Source: an uncultured Anaerolineae bacterium | GTDB lineage: Bacteria > Chloroflexota > Anaerolineae > Fen-1058 | Assembly (NCBI GenBank): GCA_964550855.1 | Contig: CAZKBQ010000018.1 | Location: 3,841 to 67,840 of the forward strand | Direction of reading: 5' to 3' | Length of the DNA: 64,000 bases | Notes under the pieces: model-generated | The model's input: only the letters and a program-made list of their open reading frames with translations | The model's database searches: none | What the model was told of the DNA's origin: nothing | Shown here: piece by piece, positions 61,058-64,000 of the stretch | How the letters are laid out: every line of letters begins with the position of its first letter | How positions within the stretch are numbered: position 1 is the stretch's first letter | Program-made: the position numbers and the translations under genes

Positions 61058-64000
61058 ATGCAGCGTCTCGCGGCCTTCCTCCAGATCCGATCGGGTGAAG
61101 CGCGGCTCGCCGGCTTTGTCGCCGCTTTGTTCGCCTTGATCGAAGGGGGGCGCGGCCTGGGCGGCAATACGGCCGATGCCCTGTTCTACACGCGCTTCGG
61201 CGTCGAGTATCTGCCGTATATGTTTATGCTGTTGGGCGCGGCGAATTTTATGGTCTCGCTCACCTATGCTGCCAGCCTCGGCAGGTTCGATCAGCGCCGC
61301 TTCTTCGTATTAATCTTGATCGTCCTCGCCGGTGTGATCTTGATTGAACGCGCTGCCATCGCGCTCGATGTAGCCGCCCTTTATCCAGTGTTGTGGATTT
61401 CGATCAACATCAGCGCGTCGATTGTCGGCCTGCTGGCGTGGAACATCGCCGGGGCCGTGTGCGATGCGCGGCAGGCCAAGCGCCTCTTTTCGATCTTCGT
61501 CAGCGCGGGCATTTTGGGCAGCGTCATCGGCAACTTTATCACGGGGCCGTTGGCCCAGATCGTCGGCACGCAAAATCTATTGATCTTGTATGCCGTCGTG
61601 CTGCTCGCGTGCGCCTGGTTCGCGCGATCGATCATTCGGCGTTTCTTCAAACCGATTGTCAAGCGCGGCGAGACCACGAGTTTCGTCGCCGAAATCCGCG
61701 CCGGATTTGATTACGTACGCGCTTCAGCGATGTTCAAACTCATGGCCGCCGGCTCGGTGCTCTTCTCCATTTTGTATTTTTCCATTTCGTTTCCGTTCAG
61801 CACCGCCGTCTCGGCCGGTTTTTCCACCGACGCCGACGTGGCCGGTTTTCTCGGCGTATTCTCAGGCATCGCCACAGCCATCACGTTCTTCGTCTCGCTC
61901 TTCGCAGCCAGCCGCTTATATGCGCGCATCGGCGTCGTCAACGCGGTGCTGCTGCTGCCCATCGCTTATCTCATCGGCTTTGTGCTCTTTGCGCTCAACT
62001 TCTCACTCGTTAACGCCGCACTGGCGCGACTGCTGCAATTAGTTGTCCTTGGCGGCATCGCCGGCACGGCCTACAGCACCTTCTTCAATGTTGTGCCAGC
62101 AGAGAAACGCGGGCAAGTCCGCTCATTTGACTCGGGCGTGCCGGAGCAAATCGGCGTAGCTTTGTCGGGCGTACTGCTCATTTTGGGCCAGCGCGTATTG
62201 ACGACGACGCAGATTTTCATCATGGGTATGCTTGGCTCGATCGTCTGTGGCATCCTGGTGTGGCGCTTGCGCCACAGTTATGGCCAGGCTTTGCTGGGGG
62301 CGCTGCGCGCCGGGCGCGTTGACGTGTTTGCCGCCGACGATCGGGTCTTTGCCGGCGTGCCAGGCGATGCGAACGCGATCCGCACGATCACCGCCGCATT
62401 GCATGACCCGAAACCCTCCCTGCGTCGAATTGCCGTCGAACTGTTAGCACGACTGCGGGTGCGCTCGGCAGCGTCAACCCTCATGCCGCTGCTGAATGAC
62501 CCCGATCGAGATGTGCGTCTGACCGCGATTCGTGCGCTGGGCGCGCTCAAGAGCCGTGAAGCCGCCAACGCCGTCATCGCCTTGCTCGACGACGTTGACG
62601 CCGAAATTCGCGCAACGGCGCTGCACATCCTGCCTGATCTGCTCGCGCCGATCACACACTCCGTCATCGAAATCATTGATGCCCGGCTCGCGGATGACAA
62701 TCTCGATGTGCAGCTGCAGGCTGCCATTGTGCTCCTGAAGGCCAGGCAGCCTGATCGGGCCTGGCCTGCGCTCGCTCGGTTGTTGCGCGATCCACAGGCG
62801 GCCGCGCGCGCCCGCACCCTCGAAGCGCTGGGCAACGCGGGGGTTGAGTTTGATCCGGCGCCTCTAGTGCAGGCCCGGCGCGATCCAGATCCAATCGTCC
62901 GGCGAGCCGCCTGCCGGGCTCTCGGGCAAACTCGATCGATTTTGGCCGTTGAGCTACTGGTCGAAGGGTTGAGCGATATTGATGGTACCGTGCGTGCCGC
63001 CGCGGCGGGAGCGTTACAAAGTTTTGGAGCCGCCGCTGCGCCGTTCGTACTGCCCGTTTTGAATCATGCCAATGCTCAAACCCGCGAGGCCGCCCTGGCC
63101 GCGCTTACATACGATCCGTCCGCCATCCAGCCGTTGTACGTTTTCATGCAACATGAGATCGAGCAACTACGCTCGTTGCGAGCATTGGGCTCAGCCATAC
63201 CCGATCAAGACCGGGCCACCCGCTTTCTGCGCGAGATGCTGGCTGATCGGGCTGGCGCCTGCGAACAACGGCTGATTACGGCCCTCGGGTTGATAGGTGA
63301 TCGCGGCGCCATGCAGCAAGTGGGCCACGGCTTGCGTTCGCGCTCATCTGCTTCACGTGCCGCGGCCATCGAGGCCCTGGAAACGCTGGGCGATAAGCGG
63401 CTGGTCAAACACATCCTGCCGCTGCTTGAGGATGCGCCGACCAGTGAGCGGTTGTCGATGGAGACGGCGTTGCGCCAATGTCTCGCTTCGCCTGAGGTGT
63501 GGCTGCGCGCACTGGCGGTGCGCGTCATCGCCGAGGTACGTGCCCTCGAGTTGATCCCTGAACTGCGCGCGCTGCGCGCTGACGCCAACGTGGTCGTGAG
63601 CGCTGCCGCGGATGAGGCGCTGCACCAGCTGGAGGAGATAGCGATGGAAACCTTGCAGACGATGTCGGTGATAGAGCGTGTGCTGCTGCTGCACGACGTG
63701 CCGCTGTTTGCTGCGCTGACCCCCGACGATCTGGCCCAGGTGGCGAATATCGCCCGCGAACAATGGCACAGTAACGGTTCGCTCATTTGCCGCGAAGGTG
63801 AACTGGGCCGGGAAATGTATGTTCTGGCGCAGGGGCAGGTGCGCGTTACCCGGCAGACCCCTGACGGCGAAAAATACCTGGCGACGCGCTACGTCGGCGA
63901 CTTCCTGGGTGAGATGTCGATTGTGCTGGCCGGCCCGCGCACGTCAACCGTGCGGGCTGAAGGCGATGTCCGGACGCTGGTGATCAGCGATGAGGCCTTC
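61058..64000 (+). CDS. Transporter-like (MFS / ATP:ADP-antiporter-like) membrane domain fused to HEAT repeats and a cyclic-nucleotide-binding domain (partial; 3' end beyond window; absent from ORF track)
   Basis: Hand translation from ATG 61058 stays open for 981 codons to position 64000. About 11-12 TM helices (MQRLAAFLQIRSGEARL...FYTRFGVEYLPYMFML...QAKRLFSIFVSAGILGS). HEAT/PBS-lyase-type repeats (DPDRDVRLTAIRALGAL, DVDAEIRATALHIL, DPDPIVRRAACRALG, DGTVRAAAAGAL). cNMP-binding region LLLHDVPLFAALTPDDLAQVA...GELGREMYVLAQGQVRV...GDFLGEMSIVLAGPRTSTVRA. Confidence 0.8.
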   Translation, partial: MQRLAAFLQIRSGEARLAGFVAALFALIEGGRGLGGNTADALFYTRFGVEYLPYMFMLLGAANFMVSLTYAASLGRFDQRRFFVLILIVLAGVILIERAAIALDVAALYPVLWISINISASIVGLLAWNIAGAVCDARQAKRLFSIFVSAGILGSVIGNFITGPLAQIVGTQNLLILYAVVLLACAWFARSIIRRFFKPIVKRGETTSFVAEIRAGFDYVRASAMFKLMAAGSVLFSILYFSISFPFSTAVSAGFSTDADVAGFLGVFSGIATAITFFVSLFAASRLYARIGVVNAVLLLPIAYLIGFVLFALNFSLVNAALARLLQLVVLGGIAGTAYSTFFNVVPAEKRGQVRSFDSGVPEQIGVALSGVLLILGQRVLTTTQIFIMGMLGSIVCGILVWRLRHSYGQALLGALRAGRVDVFAADDRVFAGVPGDANAIRTITAALHDPKPSLRRIAVELLARLRVRSAASTLMPLLNDPDRDVRLTAIRALGALKSREAANAVIALLDDVDAEIRATALHILPDLLAPITHSVIEIIDARLADDNLDVQLQAAIVLLKARQPDRAWPALARLLRDPQAAARARTLEALGNAGVEFDPAPLVQARRDPDPIVRRAACRALGQTRSILAVELLVEGLSDIDGTVRAAAAGALQSFGAAAAPFVLPVLNHANAQTREAALAALTYDPSAIQPLYVFMQHEIEQLRSLRALGSAIPDQDRATRFLREMLADRAGACEQRLITALGLIGDRGAMQQVGHGLRSRSSASRAAAIEALETLGDKRLVKHILPLLEDAPTSERLSMETALRQCLASPEVWLRALAVRVIAEVRALELIPELRALRADANVVVSAAADEALHQLEEIAMETLQTMSVIERVLLLHDVPLFAALTPDDLAQVANIAREQWHSNGSLICREGELGREMYVLAQGQVRVTRQTPDGEKYLATRYVGDFLGEMSIVLAGPRTSTVRAEGDVRTLVISDEAF

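Noticed and set aside
1-64000. Search for CRISPR arrays, tRNA/rRNA genes, transposases, integrases and phage structural genes
   Set aside because: I found no regularly spaced direct repeats, no tRNA T-arm-like GGTTCGAATCC motif in intergenic regions, no rRNA-like stretches, and no DDE or tyrosine/serine recombinase motifs in any supported ORF.

Overview
High-GC bacterial chromosomal segment. Hand counts of single 60-nt lines give about 62-67% G+C, except for a patch at about 57.9-61.0 kb. Strong GGAGG-type Shine-Dalgarno sites and the gene content suggest a Chloroflexota-like, possibly filamentous organism, but I cannot verify this without a search. I support about 45 protein-coding genes. 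There are no rRNA or tRNA genes, CRISPR arrays, transposases or integrases. Two long genes run off the window edges and are missing from the supplied ORF track: a minus-strand STAND/TPR NTPase at 1..3561 and a plus-strand transporter-HEAT-cNMP protein at 61058..64000. Layout: (i) 1-9.06 kb, an operon of five consecutive P-loop NTPases. (ii) 9.4-18.7 kb, ordinary genes: CPBP protease, TMEM175-like channel, MBL hydrolase, membrane PP2C phosphatase, MalT/LuxR regulator, small membrane proteins, patatin. (iii) 19.2-24.8 kb, a multi-PAS NarL-type histidine kinase, a response regulator, a pseudo-receiver and an ECF sigma factor. (iv) 24.8-34.0 kb, a complete kdpFABC-kdpDE locus with an extra KdpD-like membrane/GAF paralogue. 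(v) 34.2-50.2 kb, a DUF2264-like protein, a thioester alpha-2-macroglobulin-like giant with a six-helix membrane insert at the bait-region position, a secreted 601-aa protein, and a 1959-aa teneurin-like NHL/YD(RHS) protein. (vi) 50.3-57.0 kb, envelope and redox proteins. (vii) 57.3-64 kb, a cyclase-STAND-TPR protein, a decayed GNAT gene and a transporter-HEAT-cNMP fusion. The three best candidates for something undescribed are the five-NTPase operon, a 123-124-nt oriented promoter/leader cassette present five times (including upstream of the ECF sigma operon), and the membrane-interrupted A2M-like protein. All family names come from motifs I recognise by eye. No database search was run.
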